From an uncultured Chloroflexia bacterium (lineage in GTDB: Bacteria; Chloroflexota; Limnocylindria; Limnocylindrales; CSP1-4): a stretch of 64,000 bases of DNA. This document shows, in pieces, positions 37,764 to 46,824 of the stretch. The notes beneath the pieces are model-generated. The model saw only the letters and a program-made list of their open reading frames with translations, had not been told where the DNA came from and did no database searches. The stretch spans positions 1 through 64,000 of the forward strand of contig CAWEZH010000001.1 of assembly GCA_963813535.1 (NCBI GenBank). The letters are read 5' to 3'. The stretch's first letter is position 1. Each line of letters begins with the position of its first letter. Position numbers and translations under genes: made by a program.

Positions 37764-38906
37764 TCAGGACGCCTTCCAGGCCTGCCACGCGGCATCGATC
37801 TCGTCGAAGTTCTCGCCGAGATACGTGTCGTCGAAGTAGGCCGAGTTTTCGTCGGCGTTAGTCACCGACAGGTCGTTGACCATCGCCGGATTGGCTGTGG
37901 AGTTCGTGTTCGTCGGGCCGTACGGGATGAACTCCGACGGGCCGGCGTTGTTCGCCGCGCACGCCGTGTACGCGATGAACTTCATGGCCGCATCCTTGTT
38001 GGGCGAGCCCTTCGGCACGACCAGGTAGTCGGCGGTCACGATCTGCTGGTTCCATTGCATCTCGACCGGCTTGTTGTCGATGTTCTTGGCGCTCCAACCG
38101 CGCCCATTCCAGATCATCGACATCGCCACCTCGCCTGAGCCGATGAGCTCCTGCGACTCGGCACCCGACGCCCAGAAGACGATGTCGTCCTTGATGGTGT
38201 TCAGCTTCGCGGTCGCCCGCGGCAGGTCGAGCGGGTAGAGGTCGGCCGGCTTGACGCCGTCCGCCATCAGGGCGAACTCGAACATGCCGCCCTCGGAGTA
38301 GTCCCACGCTCCCCGCTTGCCGGGGATCTTGGTGGTGTCGAAGTAGTCGGCCCAGCCCTCGGGCACCGCGCCGGCGGTGGCTTCGGTGTTATACGCGAGG
38401 ACGACGCCGTACGTGATGTCCGGGATGCGATAGTCGGTGATGCCGAGGTCGGCGTTGAGCTCGTCCTTCGGGATCAGCGTGAAGTCAAGGGGCTCGAGCA
38501 GGTCCTTGTGGACATCGAGCCCGAAGTCGTTTCCGACGTCGACGACGTCCCACGTGACCTGGCCAGCTTCGACCTGGGCCTTGATGGTCGCGTTCGACGA
38601 GTTTTCGTCCTCGGTGAACTGGACGCCGGTCAGCTCCGTGTATGGCTCGAGCCATGCCTTGCGCTGGGCTTCCTGGTACACGCCGCCGAACGAGACGAAC
38701 GTGAGTGTCACGCCCTCCTGACGAGGCGGGTTGCAGGCCGCAGACGCCGGCGACGCCCCCGCGGACTCGCTGGCCGCCGGCTCGCTGGCGGCTGGTTCTG
38801 AGGCCGCCGGCACCGACGCCGCGGGCGACGCCCCACCTCCTCCCGAACAACCCGTGACGATCGCGGTGATCGCCAGGAACGCGATGACGGTCGTCGAGCG
38901 ATGCAT
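37764..38906 (-). CDS. PotD/YdcS-like substrate-binding lipoprotein
   Basis: Lipobox VTGC, ASEPA-repeat linker, FGGVYQ and WNGR; GGAGG RBS. Confidence 0.88.
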   Translation of the reverse strand: MHRSTTVIAFLAITAIVTGCSGGGGASPAASVPAASEPAASEPAASESAGASPASAACNPPRQEGVTLTFVSFGGVYQEAQRKAWLEPYTELTGVQFTEDENSSNATIKAQVEAGQVTWDVVDVGNDFGLDVHKDLLEPLDFTLIPKDELNADLGITDYRIPDITYGVVLAYNTEATAGAVPEGWADYFDTTKIPGKRGAWDYSEGGMFEFALMADGVKPADLYPLDLPRATAKLNTIKDDIVFWASGAESQELIGSGEVAMSMIWNGRGWSAKNIDNKPVEMQWNQQIVTADYLVVPKGSPNKDAAMKFIAYTACAANNAGPSEFIPYGPTNTNSTANPAMVNDLSVTNADENSAYFDDTYLGENFDEIDAAWQAWKAS

Positions 38907-39031
38907 GCTCGTGCCCTCCTCCAAGGCGAAGCGCGGGCGACCTCCACCGCCCGGTCCGGTGCATCGTAGTCCGCGGCGCAAGGCCCGACCAAGCGTGTCC
39001 ACGGTCGCCCTTGGTGCGAAGATGGTCGGTG

Positions 39032-40690
39032 ATGGGCGGACTCGTCCTCGTCAACGGTCGCGTATCCACCGCACGGCCCGGGGAGCCGCCGTTCAGCGGC
39101 GGTCTCGCGATCGTCGGCGACCGGATCGTGGCGGTCGGTGGAGACAGTGCCGTTCGGGTGATGGCACCACCCGAGGCACAGCAGATCGACGTCGCCGGCC
39201 GGACGATCGTCCCGGGCTTCGTCGACCCGCACAACCACCTTGCATTCACCGGGGCGGAGCTCGCGTCGGTCGACGTCCGCTATCCCGGCGTGGCGTCGAT
39301 CGCCGATATCGTCGCCCGCATCGCAGACGCCGCGGAACGGACGCCCGATGGGACGTGGATCCGCGCCGTCGGCATGAACCCGGAGCAGTTCGCGGACGGC
39401 CGGCTGCCGACGCGCTGGGACATCGACGAGGCCACGCGCGTCCATCCGGTGCTCGTCCAGCACATGAGCGGTCACCACGCCCTCGCAAACAGCCTAGCCC
39501 TTGAGCGGCGTGGCCTGGCCGACTCCGCCGGCGACCCCGAGGGTGGTCACCTCGTGCGCGACGACCGCGGCCGCATCACGGGCTACTGTCTCGATGCGGC
39601 CCAGGCCCTGGTCGTGCCCATCGCGGTCGATATCGGTCACCACGGGCCGGGCTTCCACGACGACGCACCGCTGGAGGAGATCGTCGGCGACATCGACCGT
39701 GGCGCCCGCGCCTACCTCGCCGCCGGCATCACCTCGATCGTGGACGCCCAGGTCACGCGTCGCGAGCTGGAGGGCTATCGCCGTGCGCGGGAGCGCGGCA
39801 TGCTCGGCGTGCGGGTGACGGCCATGCCGATCTCGTCCCAGCTCGAGGAGTACACCGCCATCGGTCTGAACGGACGGTTCGGCGATGACCGGCTGGCGAT
39901 CGGTCCGATGAAGTTCTACGCGGACGGTGCGCTGACGGGTGGGACGGCGGCATTCTCCGCACCGTATGGCGCGAACGGCGAGTTCCAGGGCTCGCTGTAC
40001 TGGCGCTCGGAGGACGAGTTCCGCGACGCCATCCGCAGCGCACACATGGGCGGCTGGCAGATCGGCGTCCACGCGCAGGGCGATCGCGCGATCGACCGCG
40101 TCCTCGACGCGTACGAGCCCGCGCTCGAGGCGCAGCCGCGTGACGACCACCGCCACCGGATCGAGCACTGCGGCGGCCCGCGACCGGACCAGCTCGAGCG
40201 GATGGCGAGACTCGGCGTCATGGCCGTCGGCCAGCCTCGCTACTTCTGGGATGCCGGCGACGCCTGGCTCACGGCCATCGACACGGAGCGCGTCCAACGC
40301 CTCCAGCCCTATCGCGAGATGAGCGACGCCGGGGTCCGGTTCGCGTTGTCCAGCGATGCGCCGGTCGCGTCATACAAGCCACTCGACACCATCTGGTCGG
40401 CGGTCACGCGGACGACGGTCGGCGGCGCGATCGTCGGGCCGGACCAGGCCCTCACCGTGGAGGAGGCGCTGCGTGCCTGCACGTTCGACGCGGCGGCGTC
40501 CTATTTCGCTGACGACCGGCTCGGCTCGCTCGAGGTCGGCAAGCTCGCCGACGTCGTGGTCCTCGACGGTGACCTGTTCGCGACGCCGATCGACCGACTC
40601 GGCGACGTCGGCGTCGACCTGACCCTCGTCGGTGGGGAGATCGTCTACCGCGGTCCGCGCTGGAGGGCGACGAGCGACAGCATCTCGTAG
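39032..40690 (+). CDS. Amidohydrolase_3 (YtcJ/NfdA-like) metallohydrolase
   Basis: PGFVDPHNH, KFYADG, HAQGD, RIEH, SSDAP and GKLADVVVLD. Confidence 0.9.
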   Translation: MGGLVLVNGRVSTARPGEPPFSGGLAIVGDRIVAVGGDSAVRVMAPPEAQQIDVAGRTIVPGFVDPHNHLAFTGAELASVDVRYPGVASIADIVARIADAAERTPDGTWIRAVGMNPEQFADGRLPTRWDIDEATRVHPVLVQHMSGHHALANSLALERRGLADSAGDPEGGHLVRDDRGRITGYCLDAAQALVVPIAVDIGHHGPGFHDDAPLEEIVGDIDRGARAYLAAGITSIVDAQVTRRELEGYRRARERGMLGVRVTAMPISSQLEEYTAIGLNGRFGDDRLAIGPMKFYADGALTGGTAAFSAPYGANGEFQGSLYWRSEDEFRDAIRSAHMGGWQIGVHAQGDRAIDRVLDAYEPALEAQPRDDHRHRIEHCGGPRPDQLERMARLGVMAVGQPRYFWDAGDAWLTAIDTERVQRLQPYREMSDAGVRFALSSDAPVASYKPLDTIWSAVTRTTVGGAIVGPDQALTVEEALRACTFDAAASYFADDRLGSLEVGKLADVVVLDGDLFATPIDRLGDVGVDLTLVGGEIVYRGPRWRATSDSIS

Positions 40691-41622
40691 GCCAGGTTCG
40701 CGGCGAGGAAGGCGGTCTGACCGGCCGGGTCGTAGGCCGGGATGACCTCGACGACGTCGAACCCGACGAAGTCGATGTCGGTGAGGCGCCGGACGATCGC
40801 CAGCGCGTCATGCGAGGAGAGGCCGCCGGGCTCCGGCGTCCCGGTCCCGGGCGCGAATGCCGGGTCGACCACGTCGATGTCGTAGCTGATGAAGGCCGTG
40901 GCGTCACCGACCCGCTCGCGGATCCGCTCGGCGGTGGCTACGGGCCCGATATCGAGGACCTCCTCGGTGGTGAGGTACTCGAGACCGAGCTCATCGCGCA
41001 GGTCTGTCCAGTCATCCTTGTCGTACACCGACCCGCGCAGCCCGACCTCGATGGAGTGGCCGACGTCGACCAGGCCCTCCTCGATCGCGCGGCGCATCCA
41101 CGTCCCGTGGTTGTACTTCTCGCCGAAGTAGCTGTCCCAGGCGTCGGTATGCGAGTCGAAGTCGATCACCGCGACCGGGCCCCGCGAGCGGGTCGCCCGC
41201 AGGTGCGGCAACGTGCACGCGTGATCGCCTCCGATGAGGAGCGGCACGACACCGGCCTCGACGATCGGCGCCACGGTCTGCTCGATGGCCTCGTAGCTGC
41301 GCTCGATGTAGCCCGGCACGATCGACACGTCGCCGTAGTCGACGCAGGACAGGATGTCGAACGGCTTGACATCGAGATTGGCGTTGTAGGGCCGCAGCAT
41401 CACGCTGGCCGCGCGGACGCCGTTCGGCCCGAAGCGCCCGCCGGCGCGGTACGTCACGCCAGTGTCGAACGGCACCCCGACGATCACCAGATCGACGTCT
41501 TCGAGCGTGCGAACGTAGGGCAGTCGGGCGAAGGTCGACGGTCCGGTGAAGCGCGGGCTCTTGAGCGAGTCCTCCGGGCCATAGCGCGGCGGCCCGGCGC
41601 GCCGCGCACTCCGCGTGCTCAT
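40645..41622 (-). CDS. speB: Agmatinase-family ureohydrolase
   Basis: GGDH, DSHTD and SYDIDVVDP metal motifs, plus PGTGTP; ATG overlaps the cphA stop. Confidence 0.9.
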   Translation of the reverse strand: MSTRSARRAGPPRYGPEDSLKSPRFTGPSTFARLPYVRTLEDVDLVIVGVPFDTGVTYRAGGRFGPNGVRAASVMLRPYNANLDVKPFDILSCVDYGDVSIVPGYIERSYEAIEQTVAPIVEAGVVPLLIGGDHACTLPHLRATRSRGPVAVIDFDSHTDAWDSYFGEKYNHGTWMRRAIEEGLVDVGHSIEVGLRGSVYDKDDWTDLRDELGLEYLTTEEVLDIGPVATAERIRERVGDATAFISYDIDVVDPAFAPGTGTPEPGGLSSHDALAIVRRLTDIDFVGFDVVEVIPAYDPAGQTAFLAANLAYEMLSLVALQRGPR

Positions 41623-44495
41623 CCCTCCGGCGCCTCGAGCTCGCCCGGATCGGCGAAGGCCGTGCCGCCACGCGATGCGCCGGTCGCCGACATCGCCTCG
41701 CGATAGACGGCGATCGCGTCGTCGACGCAGCACACGACGAGGTCACCCGGCATCGCTCGACGCAGCGCCGTACGGACGGCGGTCATCTCGTCGAGGACCT
41801 TGTCGGCCCTGCCCACGCGGGCCTCGCCCGCGGTCGTTGCCGAGCGGACGCCCTCGATGACATTGGTCGCCGTCTCGCCGGGTGCCCGACCTCGAAGGTT
41901 CTTGTCCTCGCGCACGATGATCTCGTCGAACGCGCCGGCCGCGATCGCGCCGTATCGGCGCTGGTCGTCGTCGCGCCGGTCGCCCGGGATGCCGAGCACG
42001 CCGATCGCCCGACCCGATCGGGCGGCGGACTTGCTCGCTCCGATCCGACCCGCCTTGGTCTGCGGCTCGACCATCATCCGCTGGACGAAGTCGGCCAGCT
42101 GGCGCATGCCATCGACGTTGTGGCAGTAGTCGATGACGACACGCACGCCGCCGACATCGAGCAGGTTGAGCCGCCCCGGCGCCTGGAAGAACGACGTCGA
42201 GAACGTGCGCAGACCCTGTCGGATGTCGTGCAGATGCGCGCCCGATGCCCACGCCGCCGCTGCGGCGGCCAGCGCGTTCGCCACGTTCATCCGCGCCCGG
42301 CCACCGAAGGTCGCCGGGATGAGGTGGGTGTAGAGGACCGGCATCTTGCGGCTCCCGAGCCGGAGCACGATCAGCTCGCCCTCCTTGGTCGGCTCGAGAC
42401 AGAACGCGGCATTGCCCCGTGACGTGTGACCGTCCACCCGGTCGAAGCCGTCTTCACCCTTCTCGGTCGCCATCGAGAACAGCACGACGCGGCCCGCACA
42501 GTGGCGGCCCATCCGGTAGACATGGCTGTCGTCGGCGTTGAGGACGGCCGTCCCGGAACGGGGAACTGCCTCGACCACCACCCCCTTCACGTTGGCGAGC
42601 TGACCGATCGAGTCGATACCGCCCAGACCGAGGTGGTCGCCGGTCACGTTGGTCACCACGGCTACGTCGTTGCGGTCGTAGCCGAGCCCTTCGCGCAGGA
42701 TGCCGCCGCGCGCGACCTCGAAGACCGCCGTATCGACCGTCGGGTTCTGCAACACCATCTGGGCCGACTTGGGCCCCGACATATCGCCCTTCTTGATGAG
42801 CCGGCCGTCGACCACGATGCCGTCGGTCGAGGTCATGCCGACCCGCCTGCCCATCAGCTTCAGGATGTGGGCGATCATCCGCACGGTCGTCGTCTTGCCG
42901 TTCGTGCCGGTCACCGCGAGGATCGGGATGCGCGACGGGTTGCCGGGCGGGAACAGGCCATCGATGACCGGCCGGGCGACGTACTGCGGCTCGCCTTCGG
43001 TCGGATGGGTGTGCATCCGGAACCCGGGCGCGGCGTTCACCTCGACGATCGCCCCGCCGGTCTCGCGGACGGGGGTCGTGATGTCGGGGCAGATGAAGTC
43101 GATTCCGGCCACATCGAGCCCGACGATCTGCGCCGCCGTCTCGGCGATCTCGACATTGTCGGGGTGGGCCTCGATCGTGCGGTCGATCGAGGTCCCGCCG
43201 GTCGACATGTTGCCGGTCAGCGCGAGCTTGATCCACGTGCCGTCGGGCGGGACGTCATCGAGGGCGTAACCCTGGACGCGGACGAGCTCCTCGGCCGCCT
43301 CGTCGAGCTTGATCCGGGTCAGCACCTTCTCGTGCCCGATGCCCCGGCGCGGGTCCTGGTTGGCAAGATCGACCAGCTGACGGACAGTGCGCTCGCCGTC
43401 GGCGGTCACGCTCGCCGGCACTCGCTCGGCGATGGCGGCGACCTTGCCGCCGATCACCAGGCAGCGGTAGTCGTTGCCAGCGACGTAGGTCTCGATCACC
43501 ACGTCCCCGGAGCGGCTCTGGGCGAGCGCACCAGGGAAGGCGGCGCGGACCTGCGCCTCCGAGCGCAGGTCGAGGTGGACGCCGCGGCCGTGGTTGCCGT
43601 CGAGCGGCTTGAGCACGCATGGGAACCCGAGTCGGGTCGCGACGCTGACGGCCTCGTCCTCGGTCGTGACGACGTCGGCGCGCGGGACCGGCAATCCGGC
43701 GCTGTCGAGCAGCCGGTTGGTCAGGCTCTTGTCCGAGGCGACGTCGACACCGATGGCCGATGTCTTCGAGGTCATCGTCGCCCGGATGCGCTGCTGGTGG
43801 ACACCGTGGCCGAACTGGACGAGCGAATGGCGGTCGAGCCGGATGAAGGGGATGTCGCGGCTGACCGCCTCGTCGATGAGCGCCTGCGTCGAGGGACCGA
43901 ACGCCTGTCGCTCGGCCAGCCGGATGAGACGCTCGAGCTCGTTCGCGAAGTCGAAGAAGAAAGCCTCGTCGTCGGGCGCGACCAGGTGGTTGACCAGGGC
44001 GACGGCCATCTTGCCGGCCTCGAGGCCGACCGCCTCCTCCTTGTACTCGTAGATGCAGTTGTACTGGCCGTGCACGCCCGCCGAGCGGGTCTTCCCGTGC
44101 CGAACGTCGGTGCCGGCAAGGTTCTGGAACTCGAGTGCGATGTGCTCGGCGATGTGGCCGGCCCACGTGCCCTCCTGGAGCCTCGTGACGAAGCCACCGC
44201 GACGGCCCAGCGAGCAGGCGTGGTCCTCGAGCGTGGGCAGGAGCGCGACGAGGGCGTCGCTGAACCCCGGGAGGCGGTTCGACGGGAACTCCTCGAGGAT
44301 GCCGAGGTCGACCAGCATCCGGATGACCGGCTCCCGCGCCCAGTAGTTCGGCCCGCGCAGCACGCGGGTCTCCAGGATCCGCAGCGTCGGCAGCGGCGTC
44401 GTGGGGACCGCCGTGGCAGGTGGCGTCGCCGACGCCGCGGTGCGCTTGGCGCGCGGGCGCTTGGGCTTGGCGGTCGGCTCGGCCGTCTCGGTCAC
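41619..44495 (-). CDS. cphA: Cyanophycin synthetase CphA1
   Basis: N domain with Cx19HxxEH; ATP-grasp (KPLDGNHGRGV, NMSTGG, EVNAAPG); Mur domain (GTNGKTT, EVARGG, DYCHN). Confidence 0.97.
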   Translation of the reverse strand: MTETAEPTAKPKRPRAKRTAASATPPATAVPTTPLPTLRILETRVLRGPNYWAREPVIRMLVDLGILEEFPSNRLPGFSDALVALLPTLEDHACSLGRRGGFVTRLQEGTWAGHIAEHIALEFQNLAGTDVRHGKTRSAGVHGQYNCIYEYKEEAVGLEAGKMAVALVNHLVAPDDEAFFFDFANELERLIRLAERQAFGPSTQALIDEAVSRDIPFIRLDRHSLVQFGHGVHQQRIRATMTSKTSAIGVDVASDKSLTNRLLDSAGLPVPRADVVTTEDEAVSVATRLGFPCVLKPLDGNHGRGVHLDLRSEAQVRAAFPGALAQSRSGDVVIETYVAGNDYRCLVIGGKVAAIAERVPASVTADGERTVRQLVDLANQDPRRGIGHEKVLTRIKLDEAAEELVRVQGYALDDVPPDGTWIKLALTGNMSTGGTSIDRTIEAHPDNVEIAETAAQIVGLDVAGIDFICPDITTPVRETGGAIVEVNAAPGFRMHTHPTEGEPQYVARPVIDGLFPPGNPSRIPILAVTGTNGKTTTVRMIAHILKLMGRRVGMTSTDGIVVDGRLIKKGDMSGPKSAQMVLQNPTVDTAVFEVARGGILREGLGYDRNDVAVVTNVTGDHLGLGGIDSIGQLANVKGVVVEAVPRSGTAVLNADDSHVYRMGRHCAGRVVLFSMATEKGEDGFDRVDGHTSRGNAAFCLEPTKEGELIVLRLGSRKMPVLYTHLIPATFGGRARMNVANALAAAAAAWASGAHLHDIRQGLRTFSTSFFQAPGRLNLLDVGGVRVVIDYCHNVDGMRQLADFVQRMMVEPQTKAGRIGASKSAARSGRAIGVLGIPGDRRDDDQRRYGAIAAGAFDEIIVREDKNLRGRAPGETATNVIEGVRSATTAGEARVGRADKVLDEMTAVRTALRRAMPGDLVVCCVDDAIAVYREAMSATGASRGGTAFADPGELEAPEG

Positions 44496-44544
44496 GCTCG
44501 CCCTCCTGCGCACACGGGATGGTCCGTCAGTGTACGGCGATACG

Positions 44545-44979
44545 TCAGGCCAGCCGGACCCGGCGTGGCGTGATCCGAACAGGCACCGAAAAGTCGCGTG
44601 CCACGTCCGCCACCTCCATCTCCCAATGCGCGTGCGGCTCCAGGTACTTGGCGTGGTACGCGCGATGCCGATCGGATGGCGGTACGGACGGATCGATCGC
44701 CGCGGTGCCTTCGATGACCAGGTAGTGGTCGCCGTAGGGATCCGACTGGAGGTGGAACGAGACCTGCGGGGAGTGCGCGAGGTTGCGCAGCTTGGCCGTG
44801 TCGGGCTGGCTGTAGAACAGGATCGTGTCGTTCTCCTGCAGGAAGGAGATCACCGACGATTGCGGTCGACCATCCGGCGCGACGGTCGTCAGCCAGGCGA
44901 CGACGTCCCTCCCAAGGTGTTCGCGAGCCCAGACGGCGTCGGCGCGTCGCAGGGCACTGTCCAGCGGGCTCTCGTCCAT
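44545..44979 (-). CDS. PPOX-class (split beta-barrel) putative F420-dependent protein
   Basis: AWLTTVAPDGRPQS, KLRNL..SPQVS and RITP. Confidence 0.85.
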   Translation of the reverse strand: MDESPLDSALRRADAVWAREHLGRDVVAWLTTVAPDGRPQSSVISFLQENDTILFYSQPDTAKLRNLAHSPQVSFHLQSDPYGDHYLVIEGTAAIDPSVPPSDRHRAYHAKYLEPHAHWEMEVADVARDFSVPVRITPRRVRLA

Positions 44980-44995
44980 CCGGTCTCCTCGACGG

Positions 44996-45832
44996 TCAGC
45001 TCGAAGCGGCTTCGCCGCCGGGCAGCGCGTGGAGCGTCGGCGCGAGCACGCGCTCCCGTCGCTGGAGGTCGAACCGGTAGCCCGCCGGGAGCGAGTGCAA
45101 GACGACGCCGCTGATCATCAGCGGTCGGTGGCCCTTGACCTCCCACGCATCGGTCTCCGAGCGGGCCCCGTCCACGACCGTGATCGAGCCGCGCCCGATG
45201 ACCTCCATGATGTGGTCTGGTCCGACCACGCCGGCGGTGTCCTCGTCGACACCGAGGCCGAGCAGGGACGGGTTCTGGGCGATCAGGCTGAGCAGCCGCC
45301 CGAGCCGGTTCCGCTGCTGGAAGTGCTGGTCGATGATCACGCCGGGCAGCACCCCGAGCCCGGCGGCGATCTGCGCCATGCGATGTTTCGGTGTCGCACC
45401 GGACGCGCCGAAGGCGATCATGTGGCTCGACATCGCCGAGGCGCCCGCGCTGGTGCCGGCGACGACGGCGCCCTTGCGGAACTGCTCCAGGACGGCGTCG
45501 GCCAGGCGTGTCCCGCCGATGATCGACGACAGCCGGAGCTGGTTGCCACCGGTCATGAACACGCCTGTCGCATCACGCAACGCGAGGCCCACGGTGTCGT
45601 CGTTCGCCTGGGCGCGCGTGACGGCGTGGATCGCTCGGACCTTGCTCACGCCGAGCTCGCCGAGGACCTGCTTGTAGCGCTCACCGGCCAGCTCGCCGAG
45701 CGACGAGGCCGTCGATATGACCGCGACGGTCGCATCGCGACCGCCGGCGAGGCTGGCGAAACGGCTGAGGATGACGCGGTCGCGGACCTTGTCCTCCGCG
45801 CCGCCGATGATGATGACGTGTCCGTCGCTCAC
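44996..45832 (-). CDS. cphB: Cyanophycinase
   Basis: IIGGAEDK, TGGNQLRL, GTSAGA nucleophile, DQHFQQRNR and GVDEDT; no signal peptide. Confidence 0.96.
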   Translation of the reverse strand: MSDGHVIIIGGAEDKVRDRVILSRFASLAGGRDATVAVISTASSLGELAGERYKQVLGELGVSKVRAIHAVTRAQANDDTVGLALRDATGVFMTGGNQLRLSSIIGGTRLADAVLEQFRKGAVVAGTSAGASAMSSHMIAFGASGATPKHRMAQIAAGLGVLPGVIIDQHFQQRNRLGRLLSLIAQNPSLLGLGVDEDTAGVVGPDHIMEVIGRGSITVVDGARSETDAWEVKGHRPLMISGVVLHSLPAGYRFDLQRRERVLAPTLHALPGGEAASS

Positions 45833-45939
45833 GGGCGTTGGCTGGGCTCCCAGGGCGTCGATTCGTTCGCGACAGGATACCCGGCCCGTCCGGCATCCGG
45901 CGGCGGCGGCTCGGGGATGCCGTGCGAGAATGCCGGCGC

Positions 45940-46824
45940 ATGGCCGACACCCAGCGACCGCCGGAGCTGCAACCGGTCCCGGGCACGGCCCGGGGACGCG
46001 GACGTGTCGTCGTCGGCTGGCAGGACCTGTTCGGTCAGCCGAACCGGCGGCGGGCGGGGGTGTACCGCCGCGCGATCCGTCGCGAGATCTCGCGCTTGCG
46101 GGACCACCGCCGCCTGATCGCGATCGTGCTGATCGGCCTGGTCTTCTCGCTGCTGGCCGCCGGCATGATCGGACGGGGCGATGCCGCCGGCGCGGACGCT
46201 CGTGCCTACTGGGCAGGCGTCCGGATCTGGCTCAACGGGGGCGATCCCTACCACCCCACCGGTCCGTTCCTGCCATACGTCTACGCGCCGTGGATGCTGC
46301 CGCTCTTCGCGCCGTGGGCGCTGCTGCCGTGGGACGTCGCCTGGGTCGTGTGGCGCGTCGGGACGATCCTGCTGCTGCTCTGGACCGTCGACTGGGCGTA
46401 CCGCCGTCAGCCGCTCCTGACCGCCGTGATCATCGTGCTCCTGGCCTTCCCGGTCGGCGCCAACCTCGACACCGGCAACATCAACCTCCAGCTCACACTG
46501 ATGCTGTGGGCAGCGCAGTTCACCGGTCCGCGGCTGGGTGGCCTGCTGTGGGCGCTGGCCACATGGATGAAGTGGGTGCCGATCATCGTCTGGCCGATCC
46601 TGCCGTCGGCGACGCGCCGCTGGGGCCTGGTCTGGCTCGCGGTATCGATCGGACTCAGCGTGATCCTGCTGCCATTGACGATCGTCCAGTTCCAGACGCT
46701 GTTCGGCTTCGGGGCACGGCCGATCCGGCTCGACTACCTCGTCTACCTGTGGGCGTTCATCCCGTGGGCATACCGGCGGCTCGACGCTCGGAGCGCGGCG
46801 GCTCCACGACCGGCCGCAGCGTGA
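45940..46824 (+). CDS. GT87/DUF2029-like membrane glycosyltransferase
   Basis: DARAYW...GDPY...YVYAP and GNIN motifs; multi-TM. Confidence 0.75.
   Translation: MADTQRPPELQPVPGTARGRGRVVVGWQDLFGQPNRRRAGVYRRAIRREISRLRDHRRLIAIVLIGLVFSLLAAGMIGRGDAAGADARAYWAGVRIWLNGGDPYHPTGPFLPYVYAPWMLPLFAPWALLPWDVAWVVWRVGTILLLLWTVDWAYRRQPLLTAVIIVLLAFPVGANLDTGNINLQLTLMLWAAQFTGPRLGGLLWALATWMKWVPIIVWPILPSATRRWGLVWLAVSIGLSVILLPLTIVQFQTLFGFGARPIRLDYLVYLWAFIPWAYRRLDARSAAAPRPAAA

Noticed and set aside
38760-38830. ASEPA repeats in the lipoprotein linker as a special repeat element
   Set aside because: This is an ordinary low-complexity tether, also seen in the BMP protein.
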